Positions 37,519 to 46,126 of a DNA stretch of 53,863 bases are shown piece after piece (position 1 is the first letter of the stretch; every line of letters starts with the position of its first letter). The stretch is from Salinivenus sp. (lineage in GTDB: Bacteria > Bacteroidota > Rhodothermia > Rhodothermales > Salinibacteraceae). The notes beneath the pieces are model-generated. The model worked only from the letters and a program-made list of their open reading frames with translations. It was not told where the DNA came from and searched no databases. The DNA lies in NCBI GenBank assembly GCA_036625705.1, contig JAZKTD010000001.1, positions 1 through 53,863 of the forward strand, in the 5' to 3' direction. The translations under genes and the position numbers were made by a program.

Positions 37519-40500
37519 ATGCTGAGCAATCGTCACAGGCGGTATCAGGTTGGAGTTCTGGTTTCGTTGTTTGTCGCAGGCATTCTGGCCTCGGGCGCGT
37601 TTGCGCAGACCGGGCGCATCGAAGGAACAGTGACCGAAGCGGAAACCGGATCGGCGCTCCCGGGCGTGAACGTCGTGATCCCGTCCTTGTCCGCGCAGGG
37701 CGTGGGGGCGGCCACCACGTCCGACGGCACCTTTGCCATCGAGTCCGTACCCGCCGGGACCTACCAGGTGCAGGCCCGGGCCGTCGGGTATCGGTCCAGG
37801 ACCCGGGAGGTGACCGTCACCGCCGGAGAGTCGACGACCGTCAACTTCACGCTGCGGGTGGCGAACGTCGAGCTCGACGAGGTCGTCGTCTCCGTCGACG
37901 CGGGAGATACGCGCCGACGGGCGGTAGGCACCGACATCAGTCAGGTGGACGCAGAGCAACTCGAGGACGCGGTCGCGACGGACTTCTCCGAACTGCTGAC
38001 CGGCCGGGCCGAGAACGTAAACATCCAGGGCACCTCCGGGAACGTCGGAGGGGGCTCCCGCATCCGCATTCGCGGCATCACGAGCCTGACGCAGGACAAC
38101 AATCCGCTCCTCATCATCGACGGGGTTCGGGCCAACAACAGCTCGAACGTCGGGATCAACCGGGGCCAGACGTTTTCCCGGTTCAACGACCTCGACCCCA
38201 GCAACATCGAGAGCATCCAGGTCGTGAAGGGCCCGTCGGCGACGGCGCTGTACGGCAGCGAGGCGGCGCCCGGCGTCATCATTGTGGAGACGAAGTCCGG
38301 CTCGGACAGCGAGGATGGGTTTCAGGTGAACTACCGCTCGGAGCTCGGGGCCCGGGAGGATGTTACGGAGTACCCTGACAACTACGCGGACGTGACGAAT
38401 GAATTCGGCATTACGGACCCGAACGACGACCGACTAAGCGGCTGGCCCACCGCCCAGAACTCCGTGACGGGACAGGTCTTCGTGCTCGACAATCCGTTCG
38501 AAGACCCGGGTACGAGCCCCTTCCGAACCGGGTACTCCCTCAACAACACCCTGAGTCTTGAGGGGACGACGAGCGGCATCAACTACTACTCCTCGGTCGG
38601 CTACCGGACGCAGGACGGGGTTCTGCCCAGCAACTACTCCGACCGGCTGAACTTCCGGGCGAACCTGGAGGGCAGCCCCACCGACTACCTCAATCTTCGG
38701 GTAAATACGGGATACACCTCCTCGGAGACAAACCTCCCGAAGAGCGGAAACAACACGAGCGGGTACTTCCTGAACGCGCTCATCGGTCTGCCCATCTCCT
38801 CGATTGGCGAAAATGGAAACTGCCTGGGGACGGCCCTGGGCGCCACCGACCCCTCCTTCTGCGACAAGAACGGGAACGTCCGGGCGGGCTTCGACAAGAT
38901 CGATCCGATTCGGAGCCTGCAGGAGGTCGAGCGCTTCAACGCCTCGCTGCAGATCGACCTGACCCCGACGCCGTGGCTGATCGGGACGGTGAAAGCGGGG
39001 ACGGACGTCACCAATACGAAATTCCAGGACGCCATTCCGTTCGACCCGGACGTGCCGTTCAGCTTCGCGGCGGGCGGAGAGAACTTCCTCGACAACGAGC
39101 GCTTCCGGAAGTGGACCTTCGACGCGTCGCTGCAGGCCTCGTACTCGGTGCCGACGGTGGAGGCCCTGGAGGGGCAGACTTCCGCCGGGGCCCAGTACTT
39201 CCGGGACAACATCGAGACGGTTTCGTGCGAGGGCCGCGTCTACCCGAACGACCAGGCGACGGCCTGCGACGCGGCCGTCAACCTGCGCGGATTCTCGAAC
39301 AGCCTCGAGACCATCGAGGTCGGGTCCTACGTCCAGCAGCAGTTCTCGTACCAGGACTACCTGTTTGTGACGGGGGCCGTCCGGTTCGACGACGACAGCG
39401 CGCTGGGCGAGGACGTCGGCACCATCGTGTCGCCGAGCGCGAACGCCTCCTGGGTCGTCAGCGAGACGCCGTTCTGGGACCTCGACGTGGTGAGCAACCT
39501 GCGTCTCCGCGCGGCCTGGGGCAAGGCCAGCCAGGCGCCGGAGCAGTACTCGGCAGATCGGACGTTCGTCGTGAGCCGCCTGGGAAGCGAAAGCGGGATC
39601 CAGGCCGGCCTCAGCCCCCAGGATCCGGGCAACCCGGACCTCGGCCCGGAGCGCAGTGAAGAGATCGAGTTCGGGTTCAACGCCGGCTTCCTGGAGGACC
39701 GGATCGGGACGGGCTTCACGTACTACCGGCAAAGCGTGACGGACGCCATCGTGAATCGCTCGATCGCCCCGTCGAGCGGATTTGCGAACCAGCAGCCCGT
39801 CAACATCGGTGAGCTGGTCAACGACGGGGTGGAGGCCAACATCCGCGGGACGATCATCGACCGGGACCAGGTGTCCTGGGACGTGCGGCTCGGCCTCTCC
39901 TGGACGAGCACGGAGATTGCCGAGCTCGGGCTCGACGAGCCGATCTTTTTTGGTCCCTCCCAGATCCTGAAGGAAGGAGAGGCCCCGGGGGCCTACATCA
40001 GCCGGGTCATCACCGACGCCTCGCGCAACGAGGACGGAACCATCGATCCCGCGAGCATCGAGTACGCCGAGGGTACGCTGGGGGATGGGTCCGGCCGGCG
40101 CGTCATCGGGCAGCCCTACCCGACGAACGAGCAGTCGCTCTCGACGACGCTCCGCCTCTTCGACGGACTGCAAATCAGCGCCCTCCTCGAACGCCGAGGC
40201 GGACACCAGCGCTACGACGGGAACGCCGACTTCCGGCAGCCGCTCGTGGAGACGGGGGTGACGAGCTCCTTCGGCCGCCGGTGGGCGTTCCGCCAGACGG
40301 AAACGACTCCCGTGGAGCAGGCGATGCTTGAGCGTGACTTCCTGCAGGGGGATCACAACGGGGTGTTCATCCACGACGCCAGCTTCATCAAGTGGCGGGA
40401 GCTGCGGGTATCGTACACGCTCCCGCAGGAGTGGACAACCTCGATCGGGGCGCAGCGCGCGAACCTCTACGTCGGCGGCCGGAATCTCGGGACCGTGACC

Positions 40501-40623
40501 GACTACCCGGGGCTGGATCCGGAGGTCAACCAGCGCGGCGCCCGCGACGAGCTGGAGTTCTCGACGGCGAGCACCCTGCCGACACCGCGCTCATTCTTCG
40601 CGGGCGTCCAGCTCTCCTTCTAG
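37519..40623 (+). CDS. SusC/RagA-family TonB-dependent outer membrane transporter
   Basis: GGAGG before the ATG; carboxypeptidase-regulatory-like N-domain; IRIRG, PLLIIDG, IESIQVVKGPSATALYGSEAAPGVI, NPDLGPERS, YPGLDPEV; C-terminal F. Confidence 0.93.
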   Translation: MLSNRHRRYQVGVLVSLFVAGILASGAFAQTGRIEGTVTEAETGSALPGVNVVIPSLSAQGVGAATTSDGTFAIESVPAGTYQVQARAVGYRSRTREVTVTAGESTTVNFTLRVANVELDEVVVSVDAGDTRRRAVGTDISQVDAEQLEDAVATDFSELLTGRAENVNIQGTSGNVGGGSRIRIRGITSLTQDNNPLLIIDGVRANNSSNVGINRGQTFSRFNDLDPSNIESIQVVKGPSATALYGSEAAPGVIIVETKSGSDSEDGFQVNYRSELGAREDVTEYPDNYADVTNEFGITDPNDDRLSGWPTAQNSVTGQVFVLDNPFEDPGTSPFRTGYSLNNTLSLEGTTSGINYYSSVGYRTQDGVLPSNYSDRLNFRANLEGSPTDYLNLRVNTGYTSSETNLPKSGNNTSGYFLNALIGLPISSIGENGNCLGTALGATDPSFCDKNGNVRAGFDKIDPIRSLQEVERFNASLQIDLTPTPWLIGTVKAGTDVTNTKFQDAIPFDPDVPFSFAAGGENFLDNERFRKWTFDASLQASYSVPTVEALEGQTSAGAQYFRDNIETVSCEGRVYPNDQATACDAAVNLRGFSNSLETIEVGSYVQQQFSYQDYLFVTGAVRFDDDSALGEDVGTIVSPSANASWVVSETPFWDLDVVSNLRLRAAWGKASQAPEQYSADRTFVVSRLGSESGIQAGLSPQDPGNPDLGPERSEEIEFGFNAGFLEDRIGTGFTYYRQSVTDAIVNRSIAPSSGFANQQPVNIGELVNDGVEANIRGTIIDRDQVSWDVRLGLSWTSTEIAELGLDEPIFFGPSQILKEGEAPGAYISRVITDASRNEDGTIDPASIEYAEGTLGDGSGRRVIGQPYPTNEQSLSTTLRLFDGLQISALLERRGGHQRYDGNADFRQPLVETGVTSSFGRRWAFRQTETTPVEQAMLERDFLQGDHNGVFIHDASFIKWRELRVSYTLPQEWTTSIGAQRANLYVGGRNLGTVTDYPGLDPEVNQRGARDELEFSTASTLPTPRSFFAGVQLSF

Positions 40624-40676
40624 CCCGGTGCCTCTCCTCGTCGCCCGACCGCTCCACACTGCGATCCGATTCCGCC

Positions 40677-41990
40677 ATGACCGATTTTGCTCGCGCTTTC
40701 TCCACCGTCTCCGGTACGACGGCCCTCCTTCCGCTCTTGCTGGCGATGGGGGTGCTTCTGGGCGGCTGTGATTCGCTCACGGACGTGCAGCCCAACGACA
40801 AAACCGTTCCCGCCGACGAGCTCGAAAACCCGAGCTCCTTCCAGGCCCGGCTGGTCGGGGCCCAGGCCGACTTCTTCTTCGCCTACGACATGGCCGTTGC
40901 GTGGCAGGGCCTCTACACCGATGAGCTGTACGACCCGGGCAACGAGGTCGAGCAGCGGCGGGTACTGCCGAGCAACGCCACCATCGGATCGGTCGACGAG
41001 GCCCCCGAGGGCATCGACGGGCTGTGGACGCCGATGCAGCGCGCGGCCTTCGTGACCAACGACCTTCAGGGCGACATCAAAGACGGAAACTTTCCGGAGC
41101 AGGTACCCGACCCCGAAAACTCGCCGCAGCTGGCCCGCGTGTCCCTGTTCGCCGGATATACGAAGCTCACACTCGCGGACCAGTTCTGCGCGCTGGCGTT
41201 CGGGGGCGACGGCCCCGAGCTTACTCCAGCGGAGACCTACCAGCAGGCCCTCGAGGACTTCACGGAAGCGATCGAGTCCGAGAACGCGGACCCCGAGATC
41301 CAGAACGCGGCCTACGTCGGCCGGGCGCGGACCCATCTCCAGCTCGGCAACGACGACCAGGCCGTCGCCGACGCGGAGGAGGTGCCCCGAGGCTTCGAGT
41401 ACGCCCCGAATGCCTTCTCGACCAACAGCCAGCGGGAACAGAACGACCTGTGGAATATGCTGACCGACTCGCAGCGCTTTACGGTCGACCCGCGGTTCCG
41501 CAGCATGGTCGTTGACGGCACCGACACCCCCGATCCCCGAGTCGAGGTGTTTCAGGACCCGAATGATCCCTTCGGCGTCGACGGGTCTACGCCCCAGTAC
41601 CAGGCTGAAAAGTACTCGTCGCCGACCTCGCCCATCCGGATTGCGAGCTGGGTGGAGGCGCAGTACATCATCGCCGAGGTCGAGGGGGGACAGACGGCCG
41701 TCGACATCATCAACGACGTCCGGGACGAGCAAGGAATCGCGGAGACGTTCTCCAGCACCGACCCGACGGAGATCCGCAACAAGCTGATGGACGAGCGGCG
41801 CCGGTCGCTCTTTCTGGAGGGCCAGCGGATGGGCGACCTCCGCCGGTACCGCGAGAAGTTCGACAATCTCCCTGAGGCAGGCCGGTTCCCCACGGGAGAG
41901 GCCGTCGACATCGACCCGCCCAATGAGTACGAGGACGGCACCTGCTTTCCCCTCCCGGACGCCGAGCGGGAGAACAATCCCGGTCTCTAG
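40677..41990 (+). CDS. SusD/RagB-family lipoprotein
   Basis: Lipobox LGGC; ARTHLQLG, EAQYIIAE, ERRRSLFLEGQRMGDLRR, FPLPDAERENNP. Confidence 0.92.
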   Translation: MTDFARAFSTVSGTTALLPLLLAMGVLLGGCDSLTDVQPNDKTVPADELENPSSFQARLVGAQADFFFAYDMAVAWQGLYTDELYDPGNEVEQRRVLPSNATIGSVDEAPEGIDGLWTPMQRAAFVTNDLQGDIKDGNFPEQVPDPENSPQLARVSLFAGYTKLTLADQFCALAFGGDGPELTPAETYQQALEDFTEAIESENADPEIQNAAYVGRARTHLQLGNDDQAVADAEEVPRGFEYAPNAFSTNSQREQNDLWNMLTDSQRFTVDPRFRSMVVDGTDTPDPRVEVFQDPNDPFGVDGSTPQYQAEKYSSPTSPIRIASWVEAQYIIAEVEGGQTAVDIINDVRDEQGIAETFSSTDPTEIRNKLMDERRRSLFLEGQRMGDLRRYREKFDNLPEAGRFPTGEAVDIDPPNEYEDGTCFPLPDAERENNPGL

Positions 41991-42021
41991 TTCCGGCGTG
42001 TGGATGCCCGGCCTGAGCGGG

Positions 42022-42116
42022 GGCGGCGGCTACCAGGCCATCCGCTGGGACCCGGAGGAGGGGGCTACTGGGGCGGTACCGAGACGCGGAAGGACGGGAC
42101 CGTCGTCGGGTACTAA
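42022..42116 (+). pseudogene. 3'-terminal remnant of a gamma-glutamyltransferase gene
   Basis: GGGYQAIRWDPEEG, then a 1-nt frameshift, then YWGGTETRKDGTVVGY*; this matches the typical GGT C-terminus GGYQAI..D...G.Y.G.S..RKDG...GY. Confidence 0.7.
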
Positions 42117-42459
42117 CGAGGGGGTACTGATGCGCGTTCGTCGTGTGGACGACAGCCCTCCCGTGGGGACTGGCCCGGCCTCCGCTGATCGCGCTCGACG
42201 TTGACTGGTGGGTACGTTGCTCGTCGAGACGACCGACGAGCAGGCGGGGGCGGACCGGGGCCGAGCGCCCGATCCGCGGCGACTTTGAGGGGCAGGGAGA
42301 CACGTACCGCGAGCGTGCGCACCCAAGGTGTGTCCTTCCTGAAAGAAGTTGGGGGCCAAACGCTACGAGTTGGAACCCTCCTCGGGAAAGACGGCTAAAA
42401 CTGGCTGGCGATCAACGAACACTCGGCTCCTGCTCCCTCACGGATCCCCCACCCAGACC

Positions 42460-44850
42460 ATGAAACGACTTCTCCTCCTCGGATGCGCGTTCTGCCTTGC
42501 GCTGTGGACCGGGCCCGCGCTGGCCCAGTCGACCGCCTTCGGATCGAGCGCCCAGCAAAACGGCTTCAGTCGGGCCCTCGACGTAGATGGAGATCGCGTG
42601 TTTGCCGGTGAACCGGGCAACATCCACTCGCCCGGTCGGGTGTACGTCTTCGAGCAGGGCAGCGATGACAGCTGGACCGAGAGGACATATCTGGAGGCCT
42701 CCGACGGGACCGTGGGGGACGGCTTCGGATCGGCCGTCGACGCGTCCGGAGAAACGCTCGTCGTGGGCGCCCCGTCGGCCAACGCGGTCTACGTCTTTCG
42801 GGCGGGCGAGGAGGGGTGGACCCAGGCCGCGCGCCTCACCGCCGCCGACAGCACGTCGGGCCTCGGCACCAGCGTTGCCCTTACGGACGGCCGCCTGTTC
42901 GTGAGCACGGGCACCACGATGACGGTGGCCGAGGGCGACACGACGACGACCGCCGCGGTGCACGTTTTCGAGCAGCAGGGCGGCGAATGGAGCGAGTCGA
43001 CCGTGCTGCGGAGCAGTCAGCTGGCCGGCGGCGCCGGGTTCGGGGAGTCTCTGGTGGCGTCGGGGGACCACCTGCTCGTGTCCGGGCCGAAGCGGAACGG
43101 GGGGGCGGTCGTGGCCTTCCGTCGCGACGAGGGCGCATGGAACGAGATTCAGACCTTCGGGGCCGGGGAGCTGAGCGGCAGTGCTCGGTTCGGGACCTCG
43201 CTGCAGTGGGCCGGGGATCACGTGCTCGTCGGGGCCCCCCGGGCCTACGACGCCACCGGGGCGACCTACGCCTTCCGCTACGACGCCGAGGCGGAGAGCT
43301 GGCGCCGCGACGGCCGCCTGCTCCCGTACGACGGGGGCTCGCGACACCTCTTCGGCGCGGCCCTTGCCCACGACGGCAGTGACCTGTGGGTGGGCGCCCC
43401 CGGGGCGCAGGACCAGGCCGGTGCGCTGTACCGCTTCGAGCGGGGGGACAGCACCTGGACGGGCACAACCCGCGTGACGCACTCGGGGGCACAGTCCGGC
43501 AACAACCTCGGGGCCACGCTCACCGCCGGTGAGAGCGTCGTGGCGGCGGGGCTGCCGGGCGACGACCACGGGACCGGCACGATGGCACTCTACTCCCTCG
43601 CGGACAACGAGTGGGTCCAGACCGACCCCGTTGCCCCGACGGGCGGGCAGGTTCTCAGCGCCCTCACCGGCGAGCAGCGGCCCTGCTCCGATGGAAACGT
43701 GCAGAGCTTCGCCTGCGAGGGCGTCGACCTGCAGGCCTTCCTCCCGATCCAGGAGATCGGCGGAGAGCGGGGGATCGACCTCAACGACATCTGGGGCTGG
43801 ACCGACCCACAGACCGGAACCGAGTACGCACTCGTGGGCCGCACCGACGGCACCGCGTTCGTCGACGTCAGCAATCCCACGAACCCGGTCTACGTCGGGG
43901 AGCTGCCGCTGACGGACGGGGCGCGCATCAACTCCTGGCGCGACATCAAGGTCTACAAAAACCACGCGTTCGTCGTGGCGGACAACGCGGGCGACCACGG
44001 CATGCAGGTTTTCGACCTCACGCAGCTGCGAGACGTGGCGTCCAGCGAGATGCCGAAGACCTTCGAGGAGACAGCCCTTTACGACAAGGTCAACAGCGTC
44101 CACAATATCGTCATCAACAAGGAGAGCGGCTACGCCTACGCCGTCGGCAGCAGCGGGGGGGGCAACACGTGCGGGGGCGGCCTTCACATGATCAACATCG
44201 AGGACCCGCTGAACCCGACCTTCGAGGGCTGCTTCGCCGATCGGTCGACCGGCCGCTCGGGCACCGGGTACAGCCACGACGCGCAGTGCGTGATGTACAA
44301 CGGCCCGGACCAGGAGTACCAGGGCCGCGAGATCTGCATCGGGTCCAACGAGACGGCGATCAGCGTCGCCGACGTGACCGACAAGGACAACCCCGAGGCG
44401 ATCGCGACGGCCTCCTACCCGGATCACGCCTACGTCCATCAGGGCTGGTTTACGGAGAACCAGCGCTACTTCTACCAGAACGATGAGCTCGACGAGCTCC
44501 AGGGCAAGGCCGAGGGCACCCGGACGCTGGTGTGGGACATGAGTGACCTCGACAATCCGACGCTCGTCAAGGAGATGACAAACGCCGAGGGCTCGACGGA
44601 CCACAACCTCTACGTCGAGGGGGACCGGATGTACCAGTCCAACTACAAGAGCGGACTGCAAATCTTCGACATCAGCAACCCGGAGAGCCCGACGGAGATC
44701 GCCCACTTCGACACGCAGCCCTACGGCGAGAACAGCCCCGGTTTCCAGGGCTCCTGGAGCAACTACCCGTACTTCGAGAGCGGGATCATCGTCGTCTCGA
44801 GCATCGGAGAGGGCATGTTCGTCCTGACGCCCTCGCGGCAGGAGCTGTAG
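42460..44850 (+). CDS. Secreted FG-GAP-repeat + choice-of-anchor B domain protein
   Basis: Signal peptide; FGSAV...VGAP integrin-like repeats; NDIWGWTDP, SWRDIKVY, HGMQVFDL, HDAQCV, YVHQGW, DHNLYV, GSWSNYPYF. Confidence 0.85.
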   Translation: MKRLLLLGCAFCLALWTGPALAQSTAFGSSAQQNGFSRALDVDGDRVFAGEPGNIHSPGRVYVFEQGSDDSWTERTYLEASDGTVGDGFGSAVDASGETLVVGAPSANAVYVFRAGEEGWTQAARLTAADSTSGLGTSVALTDGRLFVSTGTTMTVAEGDTTTTAAVHVFEQQGGEWSESTVLRSSQLAGGAGFGESLVASGDHLLVSGPKRNGGAVVAFRRDEGAWNEIQTFGAGELSGSARFGTSLQWAGDHVLVGAPRAYDATGATYAFRYDAEAESWRRDGRLLPYDGGSRHLFGAALAHDGSDLWVGAPGAQDQAGALYRFERGDSTWTGTTRVTHSGAQSGNNLGATLTAGESVVAAGLPGDDHGTGTMALYSLADNEWVQTDPVAPTGGQVLSALTGEQRPCSDGNVQSFACEGVDLQAFLPIQEIGGERGIDLNDIWGWTDPQTGTEYALVGRTDGTAFVDVSNPTNPVYVGELPLTDGARINSWRDIKVYKNHAFVVADNAGDHGMQVFDLTQLRDVASSEMPKTFEETALYDKVNSVHNIVINKESGYAYAVGSSGGGNTCGGGLHMINIEDPLNPTFEGCFADRSTGRSGTGYSHDAQCVMYNGPDQEYQGREICIGSNETAISVADVTDKDNPEAIATASYPDHAYVHQGWFTENQRYFYQNDELDELQGKAEGTRTLVWDMSDLDNPTLVKEMTNAEGSTDHNLYVEGDRMYQSNYKSGLQIFDISNPESPTEIAHFDTQPYGENSPGFQGSWSNYPYFESGIIVVSSIGEGMFVLTPSRQEL

Positions 44851-44975
44851 GTCGAGGGCCGTCGTAGCGCCGTAGTCGGCCGGCAGGGGGCGCGCCTCCC
44901 TGTCGGCCTCTTCGGGCCGCGTCGTGCGCCCCGCGAAGCCGATCCGCATTCTTTCGCCAAACGTCTGTGTCCCTC

Positions 44976-46049
44976 ATGCGCCGACTGCTTTCGCTGCTGC
45001 TTCTCCCTGCGCTTCTGCTGCTTGCGGGCCCGGCGCCGATCCAGGCCCAGAGCCCGAATCTGTACGTCTGCAACCAGGGAGAGGCGACCGTCTCGATCAT
45101 CGACATGGCGTCGCAGGCCGTCGAGACGACCGTGGACCTCAAGGAGCGCGGCTTTTCGGAGAACGCGAAGCCCCACCACGTCGTCGCCGAGCCGGACGGG
45201 GAGCACTGGTACGTGACGCTGATCGGGGCGAACACCCTTCTCAAGTTCAATAGCGACAACGAGATCGTTGGTCGCGTCACCTCGTTTGAGGTACCGGGCC
45301 TGATGGCCCTGCACGGCCCGACGGACCGGCTCTACGCAGGCCGCTCGATGAGTGCCGTCGATCCCCCGAAGAGCGTCGGTGTCATCAACCGGGAAACGAT
45401 GACGGTGGAGAACCGCATCGACACGTTTTTCCCTCGTCCGCACCCGATCGCGGTCGGGCCCGACGGCAGCCGTGCCTTCGTGGCCAGCCTCGCCGCCAAC
45501 CAGCTCATGGGCATGAACACCGAGTCGGGCGAGACGATGCTGACCCGCCTCGGCGGCGACACGCAGACGCTCGTGCAGTTCGCGATGACGCCGGACGGGA
45601 CCACGCTCCTCGCGGGGGGGCAGCGGACCGGCCAGCTCCTCCTCTTCGACGCGAGCCAGGCCCCGTCCCTCACGGTGACCGACACGCTCCAGGTGGGACA
45701 GCAGCCCTGGCACCCGGTCATCAGCGGGGACGGCACCACGGCCTACGTGCCGAACAAGATGTCCCACTCCGTGAGTGTCGTCGACCTCACCAACCCGGCC
45801 GTGACGGCCACGATCGAGGGAGAGGGGTTGGCCCAGCCGCACGGCACAGTCCTCTCGCCGGACGGGCGCTACCTCTTCGTTTCCAACAACAACCGGAAGG
45901 GGACCTACACCCCGAGTGGCGACAATCCGGACGCCGGCACCGTCACGGTGATCGACACGCAGACCAACGAGATCACGAAGGTGATCGAGGTGGGCACCTA
46001 CCCCACCGGCCTCGGCACCTACGGCGGGCAGCGTGCCGTGGGGCCGTAG
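44976..46049 (+). CDS. Secreted YncE/YVTN-type beta-propeller protein
   Basis: Signal peptide; LYVCNQG..VSIID, PDG..YV and VSVVD/VTVID repeats. Confidence 0.85.
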   Translation: MRRLLSLLLLPALLLLAGPAPIQAQSPNLYVCNQGEATVSIIDMASQAVETTVDLKERGFSENAKPHHVVAEPDGEHWYVTLIGANTLLKFNSDNEIVGRVTSFEVPGLMALHGPTDRLYAGRSMSAVDPPKSVGVINRETMTVENRIDTFFPRPHPIAVGPDGSRAFVASLAANQLMGMNTESGETMLTRLGGDTQTLVQFAMTPDGTTLLAGGQRTGQLLLFDASQAPSLTVTDTLQVGQQPWHPVISGDGTTAYVPNKMSHSVSVVDLTNPAVTATIEGEGLAQPHGTVLSPDGRYLFVSNNNRKGTYTPSGDNPDAGTVTVIDTQTNEITKVIEVGTYPTGLGTYGGQRAVGP

Positions 46050-46126
46050 CCTGACCGTCGCGCGCCGGTCCCCTCGGCGGCCCGGAACGAGACGTCCTAC
46101 TTGTGTTCTCACTCCCTCTCCTGTGT

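Noticed and set aside
42117-42459. Second gene remnant after the ggt relic
   Set aside because: Some protein-like fragments, but no family I can recognise; needs BLASTX.
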